Part shown: piece by piece, positions 1 through 10,790 of the stretch | Position numbering within the stretch: the stretch's first letter is position 1 | How the letters are laid out: each line of letters starts with the position of its first letter | DNA from: Takakia lepidozioides | Taxonomy: Eukaryota > Plantae > Bryophyta | Length of the DNA: 64,000 bases | Direction: 5' to 3' | Assembly (NCBI GenBank): GCA_030704615.1 | Contig: CM060731.1 | Span: 40,796,001 to 40,860,000, forward strand | The notes under the pieces: model-generated | The model's database searches: none | Seen by the model: the letters and a program-made list of their open reading frames with translations, nothing else | Told to the model about the DNA's origin: nothing | Translations under genes and position numbers: made by a program

Positions 1-611
1 CTGATCTCGTGAGACCCCTTTGCTCTTTTTTCTGTTTCCTCCTCTGTCGTCTTCCCTATCGTCTCTTGTTGTTGTTTGTTGTTTGATTGTTTGGAACCAA
101 CAGACTCATGCGGTTGTGAAGAATCATGTAACATGACTCCGTGACCAATGTGACAGACCTGTGCGGCAGACCCGGGCGTCAGATCCGTGCGACAAACCCG
201 CTTGACAGACCCGTGTAGCAAACCCTCAAAATAAACCCAACAGCAGACCGGTATGACGGAGACCTAGGGCAGACCACCTCGGAAGACCCCGACGGCGGCC
301 ATTATTGTGCCGCCGGGACATTTGATGTTTCGGCACCAATCCAATGGGCCGCGTGTATGGCGTGCATGGACTCTTCCACACATGTGCATGGCCTCGACTG
401 CACGCGTGCTCCTATCACTTTTAGCAGTGAGCCGTTACGTTGGGGCTGTCACCTCTTCCTCCTCTTCCGTCTTAATTTCGCGTCTCTCCACTTTGCTCCT
501 GCACGCTCTGTGTTGCGGTTCGCGGTTTCTGCCTCTTCGATAGGAGCACGACGATTCGTTTCTAGCGCCTGCCCGTTCATCAAAGGTCGCGTGCACTACA
601 ACAAGATGTGA

Positions 612-738
612 TTTTTAGCACAGTGTGTTTCGCTGTTTTCAAAGTCGTTTCAGGCATGTTTTACTACACCGCCCATAGTGCTAAAAACCAAGTCAAAAAC
701 AGTCATGCCTGAAACGACTATCCCGAATAGTGAAACAA
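612..738. repeat. Interleaved inverted repeats / hairpin, possibly a MITE remnant
   Basis: agtcgtttcaggcatg (643-658) is the exact reverse complement of catgcctgaaacgact (704-719), with imperfect outward extension. A second pair is tttttagcac (612-621) / gtgctaaaaa (678-687). Confidence 0.6.
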
Positions 739-1508
739 ACGTATGATGTCTCCCGAAGGGAGCGTAACTTATGGTGTCACTTCACCACAAGGGCTACTGC
801 CTTCCAGCTCAAAGGTGGACACCTTCATGACACACCAGACCGTGGTTTGAACCCACAACCACATCCAACGTGGTATGTGCCCATCACCACGGGGCTACAT
901 GCCGGTGGAATAACTTTACTATGGTGGAGCCCACTATTTTTTTCCAGGTAGGAGTTGGGGCAGTAAACCGTTTCACTATGACAATACACCAAGTAGTTTC
1001 ACTACTCAGTTTCACTATGACGTGTATTAACGTGCCTGCACTCACCATTACACGTGTAGTTGACAAAATTACTACATAGTGGATCATGGTGTTGTAACTT
1101 TCACTGTATAGTGAAACATAGACACCTAGTAGTTCATTTTACTACTATGGAGTTGTGATTTTAGGTCATTGATTTCAATTGGACATTTGGGGTGAGATGA
1201 GACTCTGGGGCCATTTATATTTTAAATCTTCCAAAGATCCTGTCTGATGAGCCTGTTCCTGTGCTGCTTCATGAAGAGAAGCCCGGGGCAGACCACATGA
1301 TGGCAGATGTTCTGTGTATAGTGCAGGTCTGAGGAGAAAATGGCCAAGTCTTCTGCACTAGCAAGTTGTTGAGCAAGAGTCGGCTAGTCTTTGGGAGACA
1401 TGAACTGCTCGCCCTGGTAGCCTACAGTCTGGTGAGCCTGTCTGGAAAGTCCTGAAGAAGACCCAAACTCTATAATGGGACTACCAAAGGAGATTTCAAA
1501 GGTTCATT

Positions 1509-3911
1509 TCACCAGTATTCGGCACACGAACAAACCCCATCTTGGAAGTGGTGAAAACGGTTGGCATCCCGTACAACAATAGCTCGCCCAATAATCTTTG
1601 AGATGAACTTCGTGGCCGTATGGCAGTCACCACACACTCTAAGGTTCTTGATGACACGGACTTGTGTGCCAGGGGGCGTACTGATGAGCCCAAAGGCAAT
1701 GGCCAGCTTCTCACTGTGGTGGTGAAGAGAAAATTCTTTTTGCTCCTCCACCACATCATGCAATACAAAACGGGTGTCAGGCACATACCCGACCTCCTTC
1801 ATCTGCACAGACAATCTCTTCAGCTCAGCATGTACTTCCTCAATTCGTGGATGCGACGAGTCCTCCACCATGAATGTATGCACCTGGTTGTCAACCTCTA
1901 TGCAGCTGTATCCTGCCTGCTTCCTGACCCCTCTGTCCCTCATCATTTTTCTCACTGTTGCAGTATCATCCCACCTGCCGGCAGCGGCATAGATGTTTGA
2001 CAGTAGCACATAAGTTGCAGCCTCCTGTGGATCCAACTTGAGAAGGCGTGTTGCCGCACGTTCTGCCACCTCCACATTGCCATGAATCCTGCACGCACCA
2101 AGCAATGCCCCCCAAGTCGAACCAGCTGGTTCAATTGGCATGTTGTTAATGAAGTCCTCTGCCTCATTCAATCGTCCTGCACGGCCAAGAAGGTCCACCA
2201 TGCAGCCAAAATGCTCCACTGTAGGAGTGAGGCCATGATCTTGAATGATGGAATTAAAATAGTGAAAGCCTTCATGCACTAGACCCCCATGGCTACAGGC
2301 GGAGAGAACACACGTAAAGGTGATATCCTTTGGTTTTAAGCCTTCCTGTTGCATTTGGTCAAATAGTTGCAGGGCCTCCCTCCCACACCCATGCTGAGCG
2401 TATCCTGCTATCATTGCATTACATGAGACCACATTTCGTTTAGCCATATTATCTAACATTTGACGTGCATCCTTTATGCTTCCACATTTGGCATACATGT
2501 CCACAAGGGAACTCTCCAAAATGATATTGGGCTTCATTCCAGCTTTCATGATGTCAGCATGTACCTCTTTGCCCTTTTCCAGTGCTGCCAGGCTGGCACA
2601 TGCCTTGAGAACACACACGAATGTGACATGGTTGGGCATCACCCTCTCCTGTGTCATTTGTTTATACATCTGCACAGCCTCCCTACCACACCCATTCTGA
2701 GTATATCCTGCAATCATAGCAGTCCATGAGACCACATTTCGTTCAGTCATATTGTTGAACACTTGAAGCGCATCCTTTCCACTCCCACATTTAGCATACA
2801 TGTCGACAAGGGTATTCTCCAGAATGATGTTTGGCGCAATCCCTGCTTTCATGATGTCAGCATGGACCTCTTTGCCCTTTTCCAGGGCAGCAAGACTAGC
2901 ACATGCATTGAGAACACAAACAAATGTGACCTGGTTGGGTCGCACCCCTTCCCGAATCATCTGCTCATAAGTCTCCAAAGCCTCCACACCACACCCATGC
3001 TGAGCATAGCCTGCTATCAGCACACTCCATGAGACCACATCTCGCCGAGTCATATTGTTGAACACTTCATGTGCATCCTTCATACTCCCACATTTGGCAT
3101 ACATGTCAGCAAGGGCAGTCTTCAGAATAATATCTGGCATGATCCCAGCTTTGATGATGTCAGCGTGGACCTCTTTACCTTTTTCAAGGGCTGCAAGGCT
3201 TGCACATGCCTTCACAATGCAAGTGAAGGCAACATTGTCAGGTGTCACCCCTTCCTGTATCATTTGCTCATAGACCTCCAAAGCCTCCCTACCACACCCA
3301 TGCTTAGCATATCCTGCTATCATTGTAGTCCAGGTAAACAGATCACGTAAAGGTATGTTGTCAAACACTACGCGTGCATCCACCAAGCTCCCACACTCGG
3401 CATACATGTTGACAAGGGTCTTGTGTAGAAAGATATTTGGCTTGAACCGACTTTGGATAATGTGGGCATGCACCTGCTTTCCCTCTGCTAGGCCTTTCCT
3501 TCTGATGCACTCCTGCAAGACACTGACATAAGTATTTGAGTCTGCCAAAATCCTTCCTTGGTTCAAAATATGCAATGCCTCTTTCAGTTGTCCTGTTTTA
3601 CATAATGTCTGCACATCCCAATAAGTGCCAGTTGAGTTCCTTTGGAATTCCTCTCTTATCCCTCTTTTGACAGCAGTAGTCATGGTGGAGGTGCCTGATT
3701 CAAACAACTGTGCTGTTGCTGCTTCCAGATGACCATCTGTCCATGCTGGTTTCTTGTAGCTATCAATCCTCAGTGCCTCAATGTTACTTGTGTGCTTGAC
3801 ATCTGGTCCTCTGGTAGTGATCTGCACACACAATCCATCCCTCCTTAAGCTCTTCCTGCTTTCACAATACATACCACACCTTGGTGCAAGTAGCTGACAA
3901 CGACAACACAT
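1509..3911 (-). CDS. PLS-class pentatricopeptide repeat protein with E1/E2/DYW deaminase domain (organellar C-to-U RNA editing factor)
   Basis: Uninterrupted 800-aa ORF: degenerate P, L-S, (P-L-S)x3, P2-L2-S2, E1/E2, then a DYW domain with HSEKLA, CGDCH and HHFQDGVCSC, ending EYW. The exact start is uncertain; a GT-AG intron at 3941-4159 may lie in the 5' leader. Confidence 0.95.
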   Translation of the reverse strand: MCCRCQLLAPRCGMYCESRKSLRRDGLCVQITTRGPDVKHTSNIEALRIDSYKKPAWTDGHLEAATAQLFESGTSTMTTAVKRGIREEFQRNSTGTYWDVQTLCKTGQLKEALHILNQGRILADSNTYVSVLQECIRRKGLAEGKQVHAHIIQSRFKPNIFLHKTLVNMYAECGSLVDARVVFDNIPLRDLFTWTTMIAGYAKHGCGREALEVYEQMIQEGVTPDNVAFTCIVKACASLAALEKGKEVHADIIKAGIMPDIILKTALADMYAKCGSMKDAHEVFNNMTRRDVVSWSVLIAGYAQHGCGVEALETYEQMIREGVRPNQVTFVCVLNACASLAALEKGKEVHADIMKAGIAPNIILENTLVDMYAKCGSGKDALQVFNNMTERNVVSWTAMIAGYTQNGCGREAVQMYKQMTQERVMPNHVTFVCVLKACASLAALEKGKEVHADIMKAGMKPNIILESSLVDMYAKCGSIKDARQMLDNMAKRNVVSCNAMIAGYAQHGCGREALQLFDQMQQEGLKPKDITFTCVLSACSHGGLVHEGFHYFNSIIQDHGLTPTVEHFGCMVDLLGRAGRLNEAEDFINNMPIEPAGSTWGALLGACRIHGNVEVAERAATRLLKLDPQEAATYVLLSNIYAAAGRWDDTATVRKMMRDRGVRKQAGYSCIEVDNQVHTFMVEDSSHPRIEEVHAELKRLSVQMKEVGYVPDTRFVLHDVVEEQKEFSLHHHSEKLAIAFGLISTPPGTQVRVIKNLRVCGDCHTATKFISKIIGRAIVVRDANRFHHFQDGVCSCAEYW

Positions 3912-4211
3912 AACTCATAGAAAAGACACATCATCCTGACCTGCAAGACACTATTTTCTATGCTGAATCAGTAGCAAGAATTAAAACCCAGGTGTATTGG
4001 TATATAAGTGTGTGAAGAGAGAGTATATATTCCCAACGGAAAACCAAACCTATCAGGTCAGCCGTGGGGTTTGAAACAACATGTGACAGTTCCACTGCCA
4101 CTCGATGCAAAGGAGAAATGGTGTAGAGGACGGAATGTACTCATAAGACATTGACTTACCTTGAAACATGTAGTTGATCAGAGTTTTCCGGATATCCTCT
4201 AGAAATCCCTT

Positions 4212-4307
4212 CACACAAACATCAATCTGCTGTGTGTGATTTGCCCAATAACTAGACCCCTAAAAGACCTGGGCTTTTGGCTCAGCCACTAGATTTTCAA
4301 AGTTGGT
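4212..4307. repeat. ~95-bp element, inverted homologue of 23172-23266
   Basis: cacacaaacatcaatctgctgtgtgtga...agattttcaaagttggt aligns with the reverse complement of 23172-23266 (about 75% by eye). Confidence 0.7.
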
Positions 4308-5105
4308 AAACAAGAGATACAGGAACAGTTCCCTTGATGGAATTGAAGAGGGTGTCTCTCTGGTGAGAGTACCCAGGACAATGAATCCGAAAGAGCATAG
4401 GACAGAGCCAGTGAGAAAGCAAGAAAGACCGGCGCACTATCATTTCAGCTAACCCTATGTGCAAACCAGACCAAAATGGCAGAAAAAAAAAACTCACTTT
4501 ACATGACATCAGAGCCCCGGATTGAAAGATCTCACTGACTGTGCTCGCCATAGACCCCACCCTGAATTATTACCGAGCAGAAAGATAGAAGGATGCTAGA
4601 CCACTTCTAAACTTAAGTGGAATAATGAGCCAATGTTTAGTTACATATGGCAATAAAAAGTAACAATTAAATTTAGAATATAACTCCAGGGAAAACTCGA
4701 GGAGAGAGGATGGCGATGGCGGAGCTGACAGCCAACGGTCATCTAACCATTACCTTCGCCTCGTTCTATTCCCTCTCCCCTCTGGCTACCCTCAGTCTTC
4801 GATGCAAATAAGTGCCCCCAAGCTTAGCTTTCGATTGATATACTCTTCTTGTTTCTTTATAGATGTTTTCTCAAAGTTTCCTCTACTGACTGTTCATCCG
4901 AACAGTGAGCTTCCTTTCATCTCCTTATCTCACTTTAGCATCATCCCTAGCTTATCTGCCTCCGCTGTCTTTAGCCATTAAGGAAGTAGCTTTCCTCCGA
5001 GACGTTTCCCGCCCCTTCCCTCCCCCTCTATCCTTCTTCTTTTCGCTCTCTCGTTTCAGGCCGCCAGCTTAGTAACTCAAGCGAGAGTCTTGGAGCAGCA
5101 GTCGT

Positions 5106-8100
5106 TTGTTTATTTCTCTCTCGTCTTCATGGCTCACAGAAACAACCATCAGCGCAACAGCGATATCATGGAATCTCGAGGTATCAATCGTGGAACGCAG
5201 AATAACCATAGAACATCAAGCTCGTTCAAGGATCGCTTCTGCCTCTGACACTGTAAGGAACCCCTCTCCTATCCTTCCCCCCAACCCTCTATCTCCCCCC
5301 AGCCACTTCTCAAAATCCCCAGGCTCAGCTCCTTCCTTCCCAGCCTTCAGAGATCCCCTATTTTGGAGAATCCAGGAACTGATTGGGAGGAAGAAAATGT
5401 TCTTAATCAAGATGACTTGGACAAAGACTACCCCATGATCAACATGAACATCCCAGAGCTGCAGCAGAGAGTAGCTACAATGGAAAAGTCTGGTATTCTC
5501 ATTCACTTTCCCGGGAAAAAAGTGGACAGAGCAACTGTCAGGAGCTGGGCCATCAGGCACCTTGGAGGCGAGGGAGAACTCAGGCAACAGTTCAGCCATG
5601 CAAAAGGACGCGGGTTTTTCTCAATCGTCTTTGAAACACAAGAGGCAGCTAACGAGGCAATGCTCTTCAATCCTCATACAAAAGGCTTCAATGGCAATAT
5701 TTTTCCGTGGTCTCCAAGAATGGGTAACAGGAATGGCAAACTATGGGGTCCTCGCATCGTCTGATCAGTGCCTTTCATCCGAGACCAGTACTTGGTTAAC
5801 TTGCCAGATATTGCAAACCATTTCGGCTCATACCTTGGGTGTCTGGCAGTATTTGACCCCCAAATGTGTACTCATAACCTAAGGCAAGACCCGGCTTGGA
5901 AATCTGGACTATCGCCTCTCGCCTTCATGAAACAGGATGTGCTAAATTTGTCCTCATGATGCCAGACGAGTATGTTCTTCCGCAATTTGTTTAGTTACCG
6001 ATAGATGAGGAGGGCAACTACTTTACAATCCAACTCATAGAAGACACTTCCTACGTAGCTTGTTTCAATTGTGGCCAGCTGGGACATATCAAACTGGACT
6101 GCCCTACAGCTAAGCGCAAGCGCTCTCAACCATCCATTCCCAATAACCTCCAGCCACAAGATCAAGAAGGGATTCCAGCAGCAGCCGCCAACCATGTGCA
6201 GAGCCATGTGCAGGATCTGGAATCTCCCAATGTACACCCAGGGCCATCTTCAGTTCCCAGGAGGACTCAACCCATGCACACTGCAAACGACCCATTGCAG
6301 GTCCGGTCTGTAACAATTCCAGCTTGGACATGGCCAGTCAATCTGGCCTGCTGCTTCTGTTGTGGAGGCAGGGGTACTTCAACAAGACGATCTTTGCTTA
6401 GAAGACCATAAGCATAATGAAAATCAATGACAAAAAGTTGAGCCCCCAGGTGTAACTGGTGAACCATGGCATACATATCAGCAAGGGCAGTCTTCAGAAT
6501 GATATCAGGTGAGATTCTAGCTCTGATGATGTCAGCATGGACGCCTTTGTCCATTCCCAAGGCTGCAAGAGTGGCACACGGACTGAGAACACAAATGGGT
6601 GTTACATTGTCGGGCTGCACCCCTTTCCATTGCATTTGTACATACATCTCAAAAGCTCCCTACCACAACATATACCCTGGATTCCACACACTGTTCTCGG
6701 CTCAATTCTTCCCCACTGGAACCTCGATTCTATCTGTAACCATTTCCACAGTTTCCACAAACCAGTTTCTATCGTTCCCAGAGTGCCTTAGTCTGAGCAA
6801 ACCTAGAGGAGTCTTCATTCTCATCCAAAACACGACCCGAAAACCCCAGACAACTTTGTCTGGATCAACTCTCTGAGACCTAAAGACCGCAGGGTTACCT
6901 TTTTTATACCAAATAACTAGGCCATCAAATGAGACTGACAGTCCGAGCCTACCTCTACCTCTCAATGATCTTTAACCTTCATCTCCTCGTGGAACATTAG
7001 AGGGCTAGGAGCTTACCCGGCTTCTCTAAAAAAATTGAAAATCAAAACTTGGTTGGCGCCATCGCTTTCAGATCACTCTATCATATTTCTTCAGGAACAC
7101 AAATTAGACCAAAGAAAAATCGATAGCCTCTCTGATTATCTATGGCCACTCTCAAATTCATTATAGAAACCAACCTCCTCTGGCACAAGAAGAGGGACTG
7201 CAATTCTTCTTTCTCCATCCATTCAACCCTTTTTCTCATCGGAAGCTAGTTGGCTTTTGGCATAATGCAATTTTGTGCATTGTCTCTGCCCAACTTTGAT
7301 GGTCAAATAGGGCTGGTAAATATCTATGCGCCAAACACCTCTTCAGACAGAGCAAAGCTCTGGAATCATCTCAATACCAAAATGCGAGAACAAACCTCCA
7401 TTGATAGCTGGATAGTATCAGATGACTTTAACATGGTGGAAACGCAAGAAGATAGGAGAGGTGCAGGTTCATTTACCTCCAGCCCTGAAGAAATGGACCA
7501 ATGGTTTGATTGTACTCAAACCCATAACCTGACAGAGGCTGTTCCAGTCTTTGGCCAGGCCTCAAACATTTCATTCACTTGGTCCAATAACAGATCTCTT
7601 ACAGATCTTAGCATGGCTCGCCTTGATAGGGCTTATCTCTCCCTCAACCTGGTTCAATATGCCAAAAGAGCTCTGCAAGAACCTATACCCTTAAGCTTTG
7701 ACCATGCTCCAACCCTCTCCATAGCGTTACCTGATTCTTACAAGCGAGGTAGAGGCCTTTACAAAATCAATAACCTTCTCCTCAAGTTACCAAAATTTAA
7801 AGAGGGCCTTCTGCAGGCTTGGACTCACGCTGGCAACAACCTCCTCGACTCTACGCAGCTCTTCCTGGCCAAACTGAAGGCTGTTGACATTGAAAGCCAA
7901 AGGATGAGTCGAGAGCTGGCTACCATTAGGAAAAAAAAAGGCTGTGGCCTTGAACAAATGCCTTAAAGTCTGTCAAGCCAAACTGGAATCTAGTCACTGT
8001 GATGAGGATACCTACCGCACATATATTCAAGCCAGAAACAACTTGGATATTCACCACAAGATTCAAGAGAGGAAATGGAAGCTCCAGGTAGGGGTTAACT

Positions 8101-10513
8101 GGTCTACAAAGGGGGAGACAATGAATAGATATTTCTTCGATAAAACAAGATTGAGGAGGGCCTCCCAAACAATTTCAGAGCTCATAGACCAACACTCGGG
8201 GCTTTCAGCTTCAGCTCCAAAGACCATGGCTAAATTGGCGGGTAGACACTTTCTTGATCTTTTCCATTCTGACTCCATCTCCCTGGAGCCGTCTCAGGAA
8301 CAAACTTCGTGTTTGATTCACACTCCTATCCTGTTGTCCCAAAAGTACGCATCCCAGTTAGAAGGAGATTTCACTAACATTGAGTTGGGAGATGCAATGT
8401 CCAAATTGCAAAACAACAAATCTCCTTGAACGGATGGAATTTCGGTTGAATTTTGCAAAGCTTTGTGGCCTGAAATATCGGGAGACTTCACCAATCACCT
8501 GTATCACTAGGGGGCACATGCCCCCTATTATGTCACAAGGGGTTATCACCTTGTTGTACAAAAAAGGGGATAAGACAAATATATCCAATTACCGTCCTAT
8601 AACTCTTCTAAACGTTGCATACAAAATAGTGGCTAAGGCATTGGCTCTCAGATTGCAACCCCTCCTTCCATCCATCATAAGGCCAAATCAAACAGGATTT
8701 ATCAAGGGCAAATATATTCTCAGCAACCTACTTCTGGCCCAGGAAATTCCAGCCTATGCCTCTAGGACAAATCAAGCCATAGCTCTCCTCTTGTTGGATT
8801 TTGAAAAAGCCTTTGATCGTGTTGAATGGTCTTTCCTGCTTGCGGCTCTCTCAAAATTAGCCTTCCCTCAATCCTTTTGCAAATGGGTTAGGATATTACT
8901 CACTTCCTCATCTAGCAGGGTCGCTGTGAATGGTCATTTATCAGCCTCATTTCCCCTCCAACGGTCGGTGCGCCAAGGGTGCCCCCTCTCACCCTTTCTG
9001 TTCCTAGTAGTAGCAGACACCTTGGGATACATGCTGCAGCAGAACCACCTTATTAAGGGCCTTAGAGTCACCAACTATATTACCAATCAGTATACATCTT
9101 TGGTGGACTCTATGTTCGTCGATGACACCTTTTTAATGTTGCAAGCCACCCCAGAGAATCTGGACCAGGCAGGGGATACTTTAATCATCTTTTGTGCAAC
9201 CTCGGGCTTCAAAATCAACTGGAACAAGACTACATGATTGGTTGTAGGGGACCTATCAGCATCCTCAATGGGAACACCACCCTCCTGGGGAATGACTCAA
9301 GGGCTTAAATGGCTCAAACCCGGTGAAACAACTACCTTTTTGGGTTACACATATGGCATTGGCCTGTCAGACCAGCAGATGTTTGCCTCTACATTGGCAA
9401 ACCTTAAGAGGAAACTAACATACTGGGGTTCTAAACACCTTTCAATAATAGGTAGAGCCCTGGTGGCTAACCAGATTCATTCTGCTGGGCTATGGTATTA
9501 TGCTTCATCTTGGCGACCGAACTCCAAACAGACACAAGAAATAAAACGCCTTCTTAGGAACTTTGTCTGGGGAGTAGAAACCTCATCACAAAACAAAAGA
9601 CCTTTGGTGGCCTGGGCTCAAATCTGCTTGCCAAAGAAAAAGGGAGGGTTGGGGGTTCTCGATCCCGAGACCCAGATTGTGGCACTTCTTGGCAAATGGA
9701 TACCTCATTTTCTTGGACCAGAGGGGGGATGGTGGAAATTTATGGTCTATGACCATATTGTCAACTCATCCCCCCTCAAAACTACACAATGGAGCCCCTC
9801 CCTTCGATGGCTTACTCAGGGCTTCAACCTTAAGTCAGTAGGCTCCTCTTTCTGGTCAGGTATCTGGATGGCTTGGGGAAGGCTAAGGAAGCTGCTTGTA
9901 AAATCGCAGCCAAGCAACTAATATGAAATTAAACGACAGCACTGTTTTTGAATAGTAGCCCCCTCACCCCAGCTCAGAAAAACCAGGCCAAAAGATGGTC
10001 CAAATGGGATTGCCTTGGAATCAGGCAGATACACAATATATGGACACAGAACAGTCTCAGATCTCAAGATTCCATAGCTCAATAAGTCGGAGCTGCACGA
10101 GCCTCTAAAGGTTTTCAACAGATCATTCAATCTGTCCCAGCTCAATGGCTCGCCACCCTTTCCTCTGGTCCGCAAGAGCCAACCCCTAAATCTTGGGCCC
10201 TCGTCGTCTTTCAAATCCAACTTACCATTCTATTCATAGATGATATCACAAGGTCAGATATTTCAGTCTATACATTCTCCATTGACACAACCTCTCTCAG
10301 GCTCTCTCTTACATCTCCAAACCCCTAACGCATCCAGACAATGCCTCTAACTCCAGTTAGAATATGCTGTTGGACTGCCCCTGATAGAGCAATGAATCCC
10401 CAGCCTCCCCTTACTATCACCACGATAGTTTGGCTTGCATCCAACTCATTTGTGTGGATCCTCGGAAGATCCCTCGCAGAAATAGAGATCGATCCCCTGG
10501 AATGGTCATGGAA
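5106..10513 (+). mobile_element. Decayed non-LTR retrotransposon (L1/Tx1-type LINE), ORF1 + ORF2
   Basis: ORF1 fragments with zinc knuckle CFNCGQLGHIKLDCP (6061-6105). APE endonuclease motifs SWNIRG, IFLQE, NIYAPN, DDFN, RLDR, DH (about 6985-7710). RT motifs YRPITLLN, LDFEKAFDRV, RQGCPLSPFLF, FVDD (8380-9237), then PKKKGGLG. Multiple stops and frameshifts; cut at 10514 by a CACTA end. Confidence 0.92.
6467..6670 (-). pseudogene. Isolated PPR fragment (part of P, L, start of S motif) embedded in the LINE
   Basis: Translates MYVQMQWKGVQPDNVTPICVLSPCATLAALGMDKGVHADIIRARISPDIILKTALADMYA. Collinear with 3096-3300 of the intact PPR gene and shares the uncommon PDIILKTALADMYA. Confidence 0.85.
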
Positions 10514-10790
10514 CACTACATGAAAAAGGGGGGGTTTTCGATGCCGCAGCCACGCCGCGACGTCGTAAAACAGCCATTTTCAGGCAGGGGGGAAGAGCCA
10601 AATTTGCGATGCCCGGGCGTCGCAAGCCCATCGCAAAGGCGTCGCCAAAAAAACGTCGCAAATATGTGAAGCCGCGATTTGCGACGCTCGGGTGTCGTAA
10701 AAAATAAAATAAAAATTTAAAAAAAAAAACTACTCTGTAATGCAAAATTAGCACCGTCCGGGGGTCGCAAAGTGCGACGCCTGGACGTCA
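10514..10790. mobile_element. CACTA (En/Spm) terminus with subterminal repeats
   Basis: Begins CACTACATGAAAA, followed by many gcgacg/cgtcgc motifs in both orientations. The matching other end was not found. Confidence 0.65.

Noticed and set aside
1509-1800. U-to-C (DYW:KP type) editing factor
   Set aside because: Has canonical HSEKLA and an EYW end rather than the degenerate HAE/GRP/DRH-type features.
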